Source of the DNA: Burkholderiaceae bacterium
GTDB taxonomy: Bacteria; Pseudomonadota; Gammaproteobacteria; Burkholderiales; Burkholderiaceae_C
Assembly: GCA_022072045.1 (NCBI GenBank)
Contig: JAJVIL010000010.1
Coordinates: 1,617-65,616, forward strand
Direction of reading: 5' to 3'
Length of the DNA: 64,000 nucleotides
Below, piece by piece: positions 51,401-61,189 of the stretch (positions within the stretch are counted from its first letter, which is position 1; every line of letters starts with the position of its first letter). Under the pieces are notes generated by a model. That model searched no databases, was not told the DNA's origin, and saw only the letters and a list, made by a program, of their open reading frames with translations. The position numbers and the translations under genes were made by a program.

Positions 51401-52990
51401 CTACAACGGCGCGCCTCGGCTCTCCCGAAGGAACACCAGCCCAATGGCCACACTGGCCAGTGTCACCCCGATCGGCACCCACAGGCCGTCGGCGACGCTA
51501 CCGCTGTGCGCCGAGACAGCGAGCACCGTGCTCGGCACAAGACCACCGAACCAGCCGTTGCCCAGGTGGTACGGCAGGCTCACCGACGAGCAGCGCACGC
51601 GCGTCGGGAACATCTCCACCAGCGTCGCGGCCAGCGGCCCGTAGACCATCGCGACGAAGGCAACCAGCACGAACAGGATCGCCACCACCTTGGCGTGCGC
51701 GATGCGCGCCGGGTCGGCGTGTCGCGGGTAGCCGGCGGCATCGAGCGCGGCATCGATCCGCTGCCGCCACAGCGCTTCGTCGCCCTCGATCTCGATGCGC
51801 GTGCCGGCGATGGTGAGCACGGCGGGGCCAGGCGCATCGAGCCGGCTGTGATGCACCGATCGCTGCTGCAGCAACCGCTGCACCTTCGTGCACGCCGTGT
51901 CGCGCGCCACGAGGCGCCAGGTGCAGTCCTGCGGTGCGGCCTGCAGTTGCACGGCCACGCGCCGCTGCGCCGCCACCAGCGCCGGATTGGCGGCCTCGGC
52001 CAGTGCGCCGAACAGCGGCAGCCAGCTCGCCGCGGCCAGCACACAGCCCGTCAGGATGATCGGCTTGCGCCCGATGCGGTCGGACCAGGCGCCGAACAGC
52101 ACGAACAGCGGCGACGCCAGCAGCAGCGCCGCGCCGAGCAGCAGTGCCGCGCTCGTCTCGGGCACCTTGAGCGTGATCGTCAGGAAGAACAGCGCCTCGA
52201 ACTGCCCCGTGTACCAGACGACCGCCTGCGCGGCGACCAGTCCGAACAGCGCGATCAGCACCTGTCGCAAGTTGCGCCAATGGCCGAACGCCTCGGTCAG
52301 CGGCCGGCGCGACGCGCCGCCCGATCGCTTGAGTTCCAGGTACAGCGGCGACTCGCGCAACCGCAGCCGCACCCAGATACCCACCACCAGCAGCGCCAGC
52401 GAGGCCAGAAACGGCAGGCGCCAGCCCCAGGCCGCAAACGCCTCGTCGCCCAGCACGCTGCGCAGGCCGATGCTGGCCACCAGCGCCAGCAGCAGGCCGA
52501 GGCTGGCGGTGGTCTGGACCCACCCGGTGTACAGGCCTCGGCGATCCCGCGGCGCGTGCTCGGCTACGTAGGTGGCCACGCCGCCGTACTCGCCGCCGAT
52601 CGCCAGCCCCTGCAGCAGACGCAGCAGCACCAGCAGCGCCGGCGCAGCGGCACCGATCGTGTCGTAGCCCGGCAGCAGGCCGATCACGAAGGTGGCGCCC
52701 CCCATCAGCACGAGGGTGACGAGGAAGGTGTACTTGCGGCCGATCAGGTCGCCGAGTCGTCCGAACAGCAGCGCGCCCACCGGCCGCACCAGAAAGCCCG
52801 CGGCAAAGGCCAGCAGCGTCGTGGCCAGCGCCGCGTGCTCGCCCGCCTGCGCGAAGAACGCCTGCGCGAACACCGGCGCCAGCACGCCGAACAGGTAGAA
52901 GTCGTACCACTCGAACAGCGCGCCGATGCTCGAGGCGACGATCACCTGCCTGTGCTCGGCCGGCATCGCCGCGCGTGCGGGTGCGGACAT
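51401..52990 (-). CDS. MFS metabolite:H+ symporter-like transporter with an inserted soluble segment of about 100 aa
   Basis: Motifs [10 protein letters not shown] and [10 protein letters not shown] (MHS-type). ATG at 52990. The non-hydrophobic insert spans about residues 331-433. The 1142-aa ORF extension is rejected. Confidence 0.8.
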   Translation of the reverse strand: MSAPARAAMPAEHRQVIVASSIGALFEWYDFYLFGVLAPVFAQAFFAQAGEHAALATTLLAFAAGFLVRPVGALLFGRLGDLIGRKYTFLVTLVLMGGATFVIGLLPGYDTIGAAAPALLVLLRLLQGLAIGGEYGGVATYVAEHAPRDRRGLYTGWVQTTASLGLLLALVASIGLRSVLGDEAFAAWGWRLPFLASLALLVVGIWVRLRLRESPLYLELKRSGGASRRPLTEAFGHWRNLRQVLIALFGLVAAQAVVWYTGQFEALFFLTITLKVPETSAALLLGAALLLASPLFVLFGAWSDRIGRKPIILTGCVLAAASWLPLFGALAEAANPALVAAQRRVAVQLQAAPQDCTWRLVARDTACTKVQRLLQQRSVHHSRLDAPGPAVLTIAGTRIEIEGDEALWRQRIDAALDAAGYPRHADPARIAHAKVVAILFVLVAFVAMVYGPLAATLVEMFPTRVRCSSVSLPYHLGNGWFGGLVPSTVLAVSAHSGSVADGLWVPIGVTLASVAIGLVFLRESRGAPL

Positions 52991-53032
52991 ACCGTTTAAG
53001 CTCCCCGTGGTTCGCGTCAGCGATGATGCACC

Positions 53033-54853
53033 ATGCCCAACGCGTTCGATTTCTCGGCCTCGCCGTTCGACTGCCTCGACGCCGACGAGCAGCGCATGGT
53101 GCGCGACAACGTCGACATCGCCTACTTCCGCGACGACGAGACCGTGCTCGACCGCGACAGCGAGCCGTCGCACTTGTTCGTCGTGATCAAGGGCCACGTC
53201 TCGCAGCTCGACGGCGACGAGCTGGTCGCCACCTACGGGCCCAACGACTGCTTCGATGGCCGCTCGCTGGTGGCCGGGCGCGCCAGCCACCGTTTCGTCG
53301 CCGCCGAGGAGGTGGTGGCCTACCAGCTCGCCAAGGCGACGGTGAATCAGTTGATCTCGCGCAACGCCACCTTCGGCGCCCTGCTGTTCTCCGACCTCTC
53401 GAACAAGCTCGGCGCGCTGGCGCAGCGCCACAGCCAGCGCGAGATGCAGGCGCTGACGATGTCGCGCGTCGGCCAGGCCTATCTGCGCCCCGCGCACACC
53501 GTCGACGGCGACGCCGACGTGGTGTCGGTGGCGCGCGTCATGCAGGCGCAGCGCACCAGCAGCGTGCTGGTGCGCGACGGCGAGCGCCTGGGCATCCTCA
53601 CCAACACGGGGTTGCAGCGCGCCATCGTCGATGGGCGCCCGCTGGCGCAGACGCCTGCGCGCGCGCACGCGACGTTCGACCTGGTGACGATCTCGCCGCG
53701 TTCGCCGCTGTTCGAAGCGCTGGCGCTGATGATCCAGCACCAGGTGCACCGGCTGGTCGTCGTCGACGGCACGGACGTCAAAGGCCTGCTCGAGCAGCTC
53801 GACGTGCTGAGCTACCTGTCGAACCACTCGTACCTGATCACGGTGCAGATCGTGCAGGCGCGTGGCCTCGACGATCTGCGCGCCGCCGCTGCGCGCATCA
53901 ACGGTCTGGTGGCGTTGCTGTACCGCGGCGGCACCCGCGTCGGTCAGATCAGCCGGCTCGTGCAGGCGCTCAACGGCAAGCTGTTCGAGCGCACGTGGCA
54001 ACTGGTGGCACCGCCCGAGCTGCTGGCCGCGAGCTGCCTGTTCGTGATGGGCAGCGAGGGCCGCGGCGAGCAGCTGCTGAAGACCGACCAGGACAACGGG
54101 CTCGTGCTGCGCGACGACGCAGCGCTCGACGAGGCCACTGTCGCCGTTGCCTGCGACCGCTTCTCGGCCGCGTTGAGCGAATTCGGCTACCCCGAGTGCC
54201 CGGGCGGCATCATGGTCAATCGCCCGGCGTGGCGGCATCGCCAGAGCGAGTTCACCGCCACGGTGCGCCAGTGGCTGCTGCGGCCGAGCCCCGAGAGCCT
54301 GATGGCGCTGGCGATCTTCATCGATGCGCGCACCGTGGCCGGCGATGCCACGCTGCTGGCGCCCGTGCGTGCCGAAGTCGATCGCCTCGTCAGCGCCGAC
54401 GATGCGCTGCTCGGGCGCTTCGCCGCGGCGATCGATTCGTTCCCGAGCGAGGTCGGCGGCTGGTGGAACCGGCTGTTGCTGATCGGCGAGCAGGACCCGC
54501 AACTGCTCGACCTGAAGAAGGCGGCGATTTTTCCGATCGTCCATGGCGTGCGCAGCCTGGCGCTGCGCGACCACGTCGCCGCCATCGGCACGGCGGCGCG
54601 CCTGGACGCGCTGGTGGCGACCGGCCGCCTCGATGCCGCGCTGGGCACCGATCTCACCGACACGCTGCACTTCCTGATGGCGCTCAAACTCAAGGCGGGC
54701 TTGGCCGAAATCGACACCGGCCGCGCGGTCAGCGGAGGCATCGCGACGCAGCGACTGAGCAGCCTGGAGCGCGACCTGCTGAAGGACGCGCTCGCGGTGG
54801 TCAAGCGCTTCAAGGCGCTGGTGCGCCACCAGTTTCGCCTGGAAAGCGTGTGA
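53033..54853 (+). CDS. Putative signal-gated nucleotidyltransferase (cNMP-binding domain, CBS pair, DUF294-type pol-beta NTase)
   Basis: N-terminal cNMP-binding-like region, then two CBS-like repeats (..VLVRDGERLGILT.., ..RLVVVDGTDVKGLL..). The NTase motif is GSEGRGEQLLKTDQDNGLV (G-S-x10-D-x-D). A helical C-terminal domain follows. Confidence 0.75.
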   Translation: MPNAFDFSASPFDCLDADEQRMVRDNVDIAYFRDDETVLDRDSEPSHLFVVIKGHVSQLDGDELVATYGPNDCFDGRSLVAGRASHRFVAAEEVVAYQLAKATVNQLISRNATFGALLFSDLSNKLGALAQRHSQREMQALTMSRVGQAYLRPAHTVDGDADVVSVARVMQAQRTSSVLVRDGERLGILTNTGLQRAIVDGRPLAQTPARAHATFDLVTISPRSPLFEALALMIQHQVHRLVVVDGTDVKGLLEQLDVLSYLSNHSYLITVQIVQARGLDDLRAAAARINGLVALLYRGGTRVGQISRLVQALNGKLFERTWQLVAPPELLAASCLFVMGSEGRGEQLLKTDQDNGLVLRDDAALDEATVAVACDRFSAALSEFGYPECPGGIMVNRPAWRHRQSEFTATVRQWLLRPSPESLMALAIFIDARTVAGDATLLAPVRAEVDRLVSADDALLGRFAAAIDSFPSEVGGWWNRLLLIGEQDPQLLDLKKAAIFPIVHGVRSLALRDHVAAIGTAARLDALVATGRLDAALGTDLTDTLHFLMALKLKAGLAEIDTGRAVSGGIATQRLSSLERDLLKDALAVVKRFKALVRHQFRLESV

Positions 54854-55488
54854 AGCTCGGGCCGCTCGAGCCGCTGCGGCGCGGCTGGTTGCTGTACCAC
54901 CTGGCCGACCCGCAGTTCGCGTTCATGTACGACGCGCCGCCGCGCAACGAATGGGTGACGCTCGACTGCGAGACCACCGGGCTCGACGTGCACCGCGATC
55001 AGATCATCTCGATCGGGGCGGTGCGCATCGTCGGCAACCGGCTGCTGACCAGCCAGCGGCTCGAGCTGCTGGTGCGGCCCGAGCGGGCACCCACGGCCGG
55101 CAGCGTGCGCGTGCATCGGTTGCGCGAGCGCGACGTGGCCGCAGGGATCAAGCCGGAGGATGCGATGCGGCGGCTGCTCGAATTCATCGGCAGCCGGCCC
55201 CTGGTGGGCTATTACCTCGAGTTCGACGTCGCGATGATCAACCGCGAGATCTGGCCCATGCTCGGTGTGCGGCTGCCGCAGCCGAAAATCGAGGTGTCGG
55301 CGATGTACTACGACTACAGGAACCGCCGCCGGCCGGCGCACGAACGCGACACCATGATCGACCTGCGCTTCCAGACCATGATGAACGACCTCGCCTTGCC
55401 GACGTTCGATGCGCACGACGCGCTCAACGACGCGGTGATGGCGGGCCTGGCCTTCGTCAAGTTGCGGCGGTTGCTGGCCCAAGCCTGA
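54850..55488 (+). CDS. DEDDh 3'-5' exonuclease (DnaQ/epsilon-like)
   Basis: ExoI motif VTLDCETTGLD, ExoII-like region YYLEFDVAMI and ExoIII motif HDALNDAVMAG. The GTG overlaps the upstream stop (GTGA). Confidence 0.8.
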   Translation: MKLGPLEPLRRGWLLYHLADPQFAFMYDAPPRNEWVTLDCETTGLDVHRDQIISIGAVRIVGNRLLTSQRLELLVRPERAPTAGSVRVHRLRERDVAAGIKPEDAMRRLLEFIGSRPLVGYYLEFDVAMINREIWPMLGVRLPQPKIEVSAMYYDYRNRRRPAHERDTMIDLRFQTMMNDLALPTFDAHDALNDAVMAGLAFVKLRRLLAQA

Positions 55489-55504
55489 CGCAACCGCATC
55501 GGCT

Positions 55505-56359
55505 TCAGGCCGTCGGTGGCTCCGCGTGCTTGAAGAACCAGCCGCGTGCGCCGCTGGCATCGAAGCGCCGCCAGTTCTGCGGGTCTTGCCGCAGCCGATC
55601 GGCCAGCACGTACATTGCCAGCGGATTCATCCCCATGCCGACGTGGCTGGCGGCGATCTCGATGTTCTCGGTGTGCGGCAGCACGTCGTTGACGCTGCAG
55701 TGCCAGGCCACGATGCCATCGGTGCGCGAGAAGACCGACGTCGTCGGCACCGGCGGCGCGACGCGCAATTGCTTGCGCAGCATCGGCAAGTCACGCACCT
55801 TGTGCCCGCTCATCAGCTCGTAGATCCGCCAGGCGTTGGTGTGGCGCGGGTGGCCGGCAAACGGCGAGCCGAGCGTGATCACGCAGCGCACGAGGTCGGG
55901 CGTCTCCTTGGCGAGTTCGCGCGCGTAGACCCCGCCCAAACTCCAGCCGACGAGGCTGACCTGGCGGCCGTGGCGGTCGGCAAGGCGCTGCAGCCGCTCG
56001 CGGCAGGCTTCGACCACGCCCTTGCGGGGCCCGAAGTTGAAGCCCTGTTTCCAGGCATGCGTCCAGTGCCCGCGCCGGCGCAGGAACGCGCGCAGCGGCG
56101 CGGTGCTGAAGTCCGAGGTCGCGAGCCCCGGGAACACCAGCACCGGATGGCCATCGCCCGCGGGCAGCCGGTCGAGCCATGGCGTGGCCAGTGCCAGCGC
56201 GGCGGCTTCCCAGGGAGCGCGTGCCTCCAACAGCATCAGCAGCGCCCCGGGCGCCGCGCCGGGGTGGTCTTCCGCACCGGGCCTGGTCAGCCCGGGCAGC
56301 TTGGGCAGTGTTCTCATTCGGGCGCGCTCGCGGCGCGTCTCTCGCAACGACGCCGACAT
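55505..56359 (-). CDS. Alpha/beta-fold hydrolase
   Basis: Nucleophile elbow VGWSLGG and an HVGMG region near the C-terminus. Start is 56359 or ATG 56317. Confidence 0.65.
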   Translation of the reverse strand: MSASLRETRRERARMRTLPKLPGLTRPGAEDHPGAAPGALLMLLEARAPWEAAALALATPWLDRLPAGDGHPVLVFPGLATSDFSTAPLRAFLRRRGHWTHAWKQGFNFGPRKGVVEACRERLQRLADRHGRQVSLVGWSLGGVYARELAKETPDLVRCVITLGSPFAGHPRHTNAWRIYELMSGHKVRDLPMLRKQLRVAPPVPTTSVFSRTDGIVAWHCSVNDVLPHTENIEIAASHVGMGMNPLAMYVLADRLRQDPQNWRRFDASGARGWFFKHAEPPTA

Positions 56360-56398
56360 ATTACCCAGCGGACGATCGTCGCTGCTGGGGATCTGTCC

Positions 56399-56968
56399 CT
56401 ACTGCGCCGGCGCCGTGTCGCCGCGGACGAGTGCTTGTGCACACTCGGCGAGGTCGGCGTAGGCGGCATCGGCCTGCTGCTCGTCGCCGTCGCGCAACGG
56501 CTGCCCGCTGCGCACCAGCAGGCAGCGCCCCACTCCCGCAGACCGGCCGGCCTGCACGTCGGACAGCCGGTCGCCGATCATCGCGCTGGCCGGCAGGTCG
56601 ATCGACCATTCGCGCGCTGCGCGCAGCAGCATGCCCGGCGCCGGCTTGCGGCAATCGCAGGCCTGCCGATACGACGCCACGGTCGCATCGGGCAGGTGCG
56701 GGCAATGCAGCACCGCGTCGAAGCGCACGCCCTCGCTCGCCAAGGCTGCACGCATGTGCGCGGTGAAGCGCTCGTAGTCTTCGCTCGTGTACAGGCCGCG
56801 CGCAATGCCACTCTGGTTGGTCACCACCACCAGCCGCCAGCCCGCGCGCTGCAGCAGCGCGAGGGCCTGCGCGCTGCCGGGCACCAGCTCGAAATCCTCG
56901 ACGCGGTGGGTGTAGCCGCGGTCGACGGTGATCACACCGTCGCGATCGAGGAAGACGGCGCGGCGCAT
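56399..56968 (-). CDS. gmhB: D-glycero-beta-D-manno-heptose-1,7-bisphosphate 7-phosphatase
   Basis: HAD motif I FLDRDGV, then VVTNQSG, the Zn-site C.H....C.CRKP, and GD..SD. Confidence 0.85.
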   Translation of the reverse strand: MRRAVFLDRDGVITVDRGYTHRVEDFELVPGSAQALALLQRAGWRLVVVTNQSGIARGLYTSEDYERFTAHMRAALASEGVRFDAVLHCPHLPDATVASYRQACDCRKPAPGMLLRAAREWSIDLPASAMIGDRLSDVQAGRSAGVGRCLLVRSGQPLRDGDEQQADAAYADLAECAQALVRGDTAPAQ

Positions 56969-57004
56969 CAGCCAGGCGCCGGTTCAGCGCGGCGGGCAGG
57001 CCGC

Positions 57005-57475
57005 TCAGCTGCCACGGATGCGCTCGACGAGCCGGGTCGTGGAGTAGCCGTCGACGAACGCGATGGCCACGGCGCGCCCGCCCCAACTGCGCACCAGCGC
57101 CGTCTCGCGCAGCGCCTCGATGTCGTAGTCGCCACCCTTGACGTAGACATCGGGGCGCGCGCGCTCGATCAGTTCGCACGGTGTCGACTCGTCGAAAACG
57201 ACGACGAAGTCCACCGCCCGCAGCGCCGCCACCACGGCGGCACGGTCGGCCTCGCCGTTGAGCGGGCGCTCGGGCCCCTTGCCCAGCCGGCGCGCCGAAG
57301 CGTCGCTGTTGACGCCCACCATCAACGCAGCACCGAGCGCGCGTGCCCGCTCGAGGTAGGTCACGTGACCGCGGTGCAGCACGTCGAACACGCCGTTGGT
57401 GAACACCAGCGGGCGTGGCCAGCGGTCGCGCGCGACCTGCTGCGGGCTCAGGATGGTGGCTGACGACGGCGGCAC
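57005..57475 (-). CDS. hldC: D-glycero-beta-D-manno-heptose-1-phosphate adenylyltransferase (stand-alone RfaE domain II)
   Basis: Cytidylyltransferase motif FTNGVFDVLHRGHV, then VGVNSD. GTG start. Confidence 0.85.
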   Translation of the reverse strand: MPPSSATILSPQQVARDRWPRPLVFTNGVFDVLHRGHVTYLERARALGAALMVGVNSDASARRLGKGPERPLNGEADRAAVVAALRAVDFVVVFDESTPCELIERARPDVYVKGGDYDIEALRETALVRSWGGRAVAIAFVDGYSTTRLVERIRGS

Positions 57476-57517
57476 AATGCGTGGCTGCGGCCACGGCGGC
57501 CGCCCGAAGGAAGTGCG

Positions 57518-58084
57518 TTGAGTCTACCCTTTGCCCAACATCTGGCGCAGCACCGCGAGCTGTTCGCGCGGCTCGACGAGCTGGCGCCCGACGTGGCTCG
57601 CGCGGCGCAGCAGTTGAGCGGCGCGCTGCGCGCGGGCGGCAAGCTGATGTTCTGCGGCAACGGCGGCTCGGCGGCCGACAGCCAGCATCTGGCCTCGGAG
57701 TTCACCGGCCGCTTCGTCGACGACCGGCGGCCGCTGGCCGCGCTGGCCTTGTCGACCGACAGCTCGGCGCTGACGTGCATCGCCAACGACTACGCGTTCG
57801 ACCAGGTTTTCGAGCGCCAGTTGCGCGGGCTGGGACGCTCCGGCGACGTGCTGGTCGCGATCTCGACGTCGGGCAAGTCGGCCAACGTGCTGCGCGCGGT
57901 GCATGCCGCGCGCGAACTCGACATCGGCGTGGTCGGGCTGCTCGGCCGCGACGGCGGCCCGATCAAGCCGCTGTGCGACGTGGCGCTGGTGGTGCCCAGC
58001 GACACCACGGCGCGCATCCAGGAGGCGCACATCTTCATCGGACACACGCTGTGCGCGATGGTCGAGACGGCGCTGGGCGTGTAG
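57518..58084 (+). CDS. gmhA: Phosphoheptose (sedoheptulose-7-phosphate) isomerase
   Basis: SIS domain motifs GNGGSAADSQHLA.EF and ISTSGKS.N. TTG start after GAAGGAAG. Confidence 0.85.
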   Translation: MSLPFAQHLAQHRELFARLDELAPDVARAAQQLSGALRAGGKLMFCGNGGSAADSQHLASEFTGRFVDDRRPLAALALSTDSSALTCIANDYAFDQVFERQLRGLGRSGDVLVAISTSGKSANVLRAVHAARELDIGVVGLLGRDGGPIKPLCDVALVVPSDTTARIQEAHIFIGHTLCAMVETALGV

Positions 58085-58087
58085 GGA

Positions 58088-59083
58088 TCAAGCCGGCTGA
58101 TCGGCGAGCCAGCGCACGTAGCGCTGCACGCCGGCGGCGACATCGGCGAACGCATGGTCGCAGCCGGCCGCGCGCAACGCGCCGAGGTCGGCCTGCGTGA
58201 AGCACTGGTACTTGCCGACCAGCGCGGCGGGGAAGTCGATGTACTCGACGATGCCGCGCGCCACCAGCTCCGGCAGCGGCAGCGGCGGTTCGCCGGCGCG
58301 CTCGCGCCAGCCGTTGACCACCGCGTGCGCCACGTCGTTGAACGGCTGCGCGCGGCCGCTGCCGACGTTGAAGACGCCCTTCACGCCGCCGTGCTGCAGG
58401 AACCACAGGTTGACGTCGACCACGTCGTCGACGCTGACGAAGTCGCGCACCTGCTGCCCCGGCCCGTAGCCGCCGTAGGCGCCGAACAGCCGAACCCGGC
58501 CCTCGCTGCGGTATTGCGCACTGTGATGGAACGCCACCGACGCCATGCGACCCTTGTGCTGCTCGTGCGGCCCGTAGACGTTGAAATAGCGCAGGCCCAC
58601 CACCTGGGCGCCACTGGCCGGCAGCATGCGCCGCACCACCTGATCGGCGAGCAGCTTGGAGTAGCCGTAGACGTTGAGCGGCCGCTCGTGATCGGGCGAC
58701 TCGCGAAACACCGTGCTGCCGCCGTACACCGCGGCCGACGATGCGTAGATCAAGCGCGCGCCCTGCGCCTGGCAGGCGTCGAGCAGGTCCTTGGTGCAGC
58801 GGTAGTTCTGCGCCATCATCAGGCGGCCGTCGTGCTCCATGGTGTCGGAGCACGCGCCCTGGTGCAGCACGGCGTCGACGCGGCCGAAGTCGCCGCGCGC
58901 GAAGCGCGGGTAGAACTCGCCCCTGTCGAGGTAGTCGGCGATGCGCGTACCGAGCAGGTTGGTGAACTTCGCACCGTGGTGCAGATCGTCGACGGCGACG
59001 ATGTCGTCGAGGCCCAGCGCGTTGAGCCCGCGCAGCAGGTTGGCACCGATCATGCCGGCGGCGCCGGTCACCACCAGCTTCAC
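58088..59083 (-). CDS. hldD: ADP-L-glycero-D-manno-heptose 6-epimerase
   Basis: Motifs [30 protein letters not shown] and [11 protein letters not shown] start. Confidence 0.9.
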   Translation of the reverse strand: MKLVVTGAAGMIGANLLRGLNALGLDDIVAVDDLHHGAKFTNLLGTRIADYLDRGEFYPRFARGDFGRVDAVLHQGACSDTMEHDGRLMMAQNYRCTKDLLDACQAQGARLIYASSAAVYGGSTVFRESPDHERPLNVYGYSKLLADQVVRRMLPASGAQVVGLRYFNVYGPHEQHKGRMASVAFHHSAQYRSEGRVRLFGAYGGYGPGQQVRDFVSVDDVVDVNLWFLQHGGVKGVFNVGSGRAQPFNDVAHAVVNGWRERAGEPPLPLPELVARGIVEYIDFPAALVGKYQCFTQADLGALRAAGCDHAFADVAAGVQRYVRWLADQPA

Positions 59084-59132
59084 GACGCGCCCTCTCTGCG
59101 CCGCGCCAGTGACCGGCGAATTCGATCGCCGA

Positions 59133-60068
59133 TCATCCGAACAGCTCCTCGAAGGTCACGCTGGCGGTGCCGAAGCGGCTGACCACGATGCCGGCGGCGC
59201 GGTTGGCGATCGGCACCGCTTCGCGCGGCGTCAGGCCGGCGGCCAGCATCGCGGCCATGGTCGCGATCACCGTATCGCCGGCGCCGGTGACGTCGAACAC
59301 CTGCTGCGCCTGCGCGCCCACGTGCAGCGCACCCTGCGCGTCGAACAGCGACATGCCCTCCTCGGAGCGCGTCAACAGCACGTTGTCGATGCGCTGCTCG
59401 GTGCGCAGTTTCGCTGCCAGTGCAGCGAGATGGGGTTCGTCGTCCCACGGCCCCACTGCGGTGGCCAGTTCGGCGCGGTTGGGGGTGATCACGCTGGCGC
59501 CCGCGTAGCGGGAGAAATCGCGCCCCTTGGGGTCGACCAGCACCGGCTTGCCGGCCTCGCGCGCCAGCCGAATCATGCGCGCGATGTGCGTCAGGCCGCC
59601 CTTGCCGTAGTCGGAGAACAGCACCGCATCGTGCTCGGGCAGCACGCGCTCGAAATCGTCGAGCATCTGCGCCAGCAACTCGTGGTCGGGCCGTTTTTCG
59701 AAGTCGACCCGCAAGAGCTGCTGCGAGCGGCCGACCACGCGCAGCTTGATCGTGGTGCGCAGCGCCGGGTCCTGCCCCAGCACGCGCTGCACCCCTTCGC
59801 GCTGCAGCAGCCGCACCAGCGCGCGCGCGGGTTCGTCGTCGCCCAGCACCGTGAGCAGGGTCGCGCCGGCGCCGAGCCTGCGCACGTTGAGCGCCACGTT
59901 GGCGGCACCGCCGAGCCGCTCCTCCTCGCGCTGCACCAGCACCACCGGCACCGGCGCCTCGGGCGAGATGCGCTCGACAGCACCGAACCAGTAGCGATCG
60001 AGCATCGCATCGCCCACCACCAGCACGCGGGCGGCTTCGAGGAGGGCGCGGGTGACCGTGGTCGTCAT
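59133..60068 (-). CDS. hldA: D-glycero-beta-D-manno-heptose-7-phosphate kinase (stand-alone RfaE domain I)
   Basis: Ribokinase-fold motifs VGD.MLDRY, GGAANVA and DVTGAGDTV. The ATG overlaps the upstream GT9 stop (ATGA). The 798-aa ORF extension is rejected. Confidence 0.85.
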   Translation of the reverse strand: MTTTVTRALLEAARVLVVGDAMLDRYWFGAVERISPEAPVPVVLVQREEERLGGAANVALNVRRLGAGATLLTVLGDDEPARALVRLLQREGVQRVLGQDPALRTTIKLRVVGRSQQLLRVDFEKRPDHELLAQMLDDFERVLPEHDAVLFSDYGKGGLTHIARMIRLAREAGKPVLVDPKGRDFSRYAGASVITPNRAELATAVGPWDDEPHLAALAAKLRTEQRIDNVLLTRSEEGMSLFDAQGALHVGAQAQQVFDVTGAGDTVIATMAAMLAAGLTPREAVPIANRAAGIVVSRFGTASVTFEELFG

Positions 60069-61168
60069 GGCGAGGCGATGATGCCTGAAGCCTGAGCGCG
60101 CGGGCGCAGCGAGCGCCAGCCCGCGAGCACCGCGTCGACATCGATGTCCATCACCGTGGCGCCCGGGGTCGGCGGGCGCGGGCCGAGCGCCACCACGTTG
60201 CCGCTGGCCGGACGCGGCAGCCAGCGGCCCCAGCCGCCGCTGCCGTACAGCACGACCAGCGGGCAGTCCATCGCCCCTGCGACGTGCGCCGGCCCGGTGT
60301 CGACCGACACCATGCTGTGCGCCAGTGCGGTCAGCGCCACCAGCCGTTGCAGCGTGGGCTGCATCGCCGCGACGTTGACAACACGGCCGGCCGGCGCGCC
60401 CGCGGCGTCGACGATCTCCTGCGCCAGTGGCGCTTCGCGCGTCGATCCGCACACCAAGACGGCGCAGTCCGGCACCTCTTCCAGCAGCGCCCGGATGACC
60501 GCCGCCCAGCGCTGCGCGGGCCAGTGCTTGTCGTGGCTCGCCGTGGCGATGCGCCCGCGCTTGTGGGTCTTCTTGTGGCCCGGCTGCACCAGCACCAGCG
60601 GTCGCCCGAGGAGGGCGTGCTGCTGCAGCCATTGGCGGGCCTGCAATATCCACTCGGGCGGCACGTGCAGCCGAGGCCGCGGTGGTACCGGCGGCCGCAC
60701 CGCCGGCCCGGGCATCGCCGCGGCGTCGAGTTGCGCGACGTCGAGCCACCAATCGGCCCAGTGCGCGCCGTCGCCCGGCCAGTGCTGCCAGGCGCGCACG
60801 AGGCGCTGCTCCGGAATGCGCGCGCGCTGCACGATGCGCTCGCCGAAGCGGTCGAGTTCGCAGTGGTAGACCGGCCCACGGTGCGCACGCAGCCAGGCAT
60901 CGGCGTGCCAGCGCGACGGCGTGAGCCAGTGCGGCGTGCGCCGGCTGAACACCATGCGCAACTCGGTCACCGTCGGGTCGGCCTGCAGCAGCACCGGTGT
61001 CCACGGGCCCGATGCGAGCAGGTGCACCGGTCTGCCGTAGCGCTGCGCCAGCGCCTCGAGCAGCACGGTGAGCAGCACGACGTCGCCCAGCGACGGGAAG
61101 CGGATCACCACCGGCGCGTCGGGGTCGGCGGTGTGCGGCGAGTGCAGTTCGGAAGCGTCGATCGGCAT
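60065..61168 (-). CDS. Glycosyltransferase family 9 (LPS heptosyltransferase-like)
   Basis: Motifs LGDVVL, ..VQPG....KHWP..RW and VSVDTGP.H.A. Acceptor specificity unknown. Confidence 0.7.
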   Translation of the reverse strand: MPIDASELHSPHTADPDAPVVIRFPSLGDVVLLTVLLEALAQRYGRPVHLLASGPWTPVLLQADPTVTELRMVFSRRTPHWLTPSRWHADAWLRAHRGPVYHCELDRFGERIVQRARIPEQRLVRAWQHWPGDGAHWADWWLDVAQLDAAAMPGPAVRPPVPPRPRLHVPPEWILQARQWLQQHALLGRPLVLVQPGHKKTHKRGRIATASHDKHWPAQRWAAVIRALLEEVPDCAVLVCGSTREAPLAQEIVDAAGAPAGRVVNVAAMQPTLQRLVALTALAHSMVSVDTGPAHVAGAMDCPLVVLYGSGGWGRWLPRPASGNVVALGPRPPTPGATVMDIDVDAVLAGWRSLRPRAQASGIIASP

Positions 61169-61189
61169 GTGCGGCGAAAGCGCCGCAGT

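Noticed and set aside
51401-54829. A 1142-aa ORF on the minus strand and an 837-aa ORF at 52975..55488 on the plus strand, suggesting giant proteins.
   Set aside because: Only the C-terminal parts are real (the MFS transporter from ATG 52990 and the exonuclease from GTG 54850). The upstream parts are low-complexity and overlap the well-supported nucleotidyltransferase gene on the other strand or frame. The same logic applies to 59133..61529 (hldA), 36597..38225 (ankyrin), 20136..21638 (nadC), 13908..16946 (clpB), 253..1749 (moaA) and 42467..43993 (thioesterase-GNAT).
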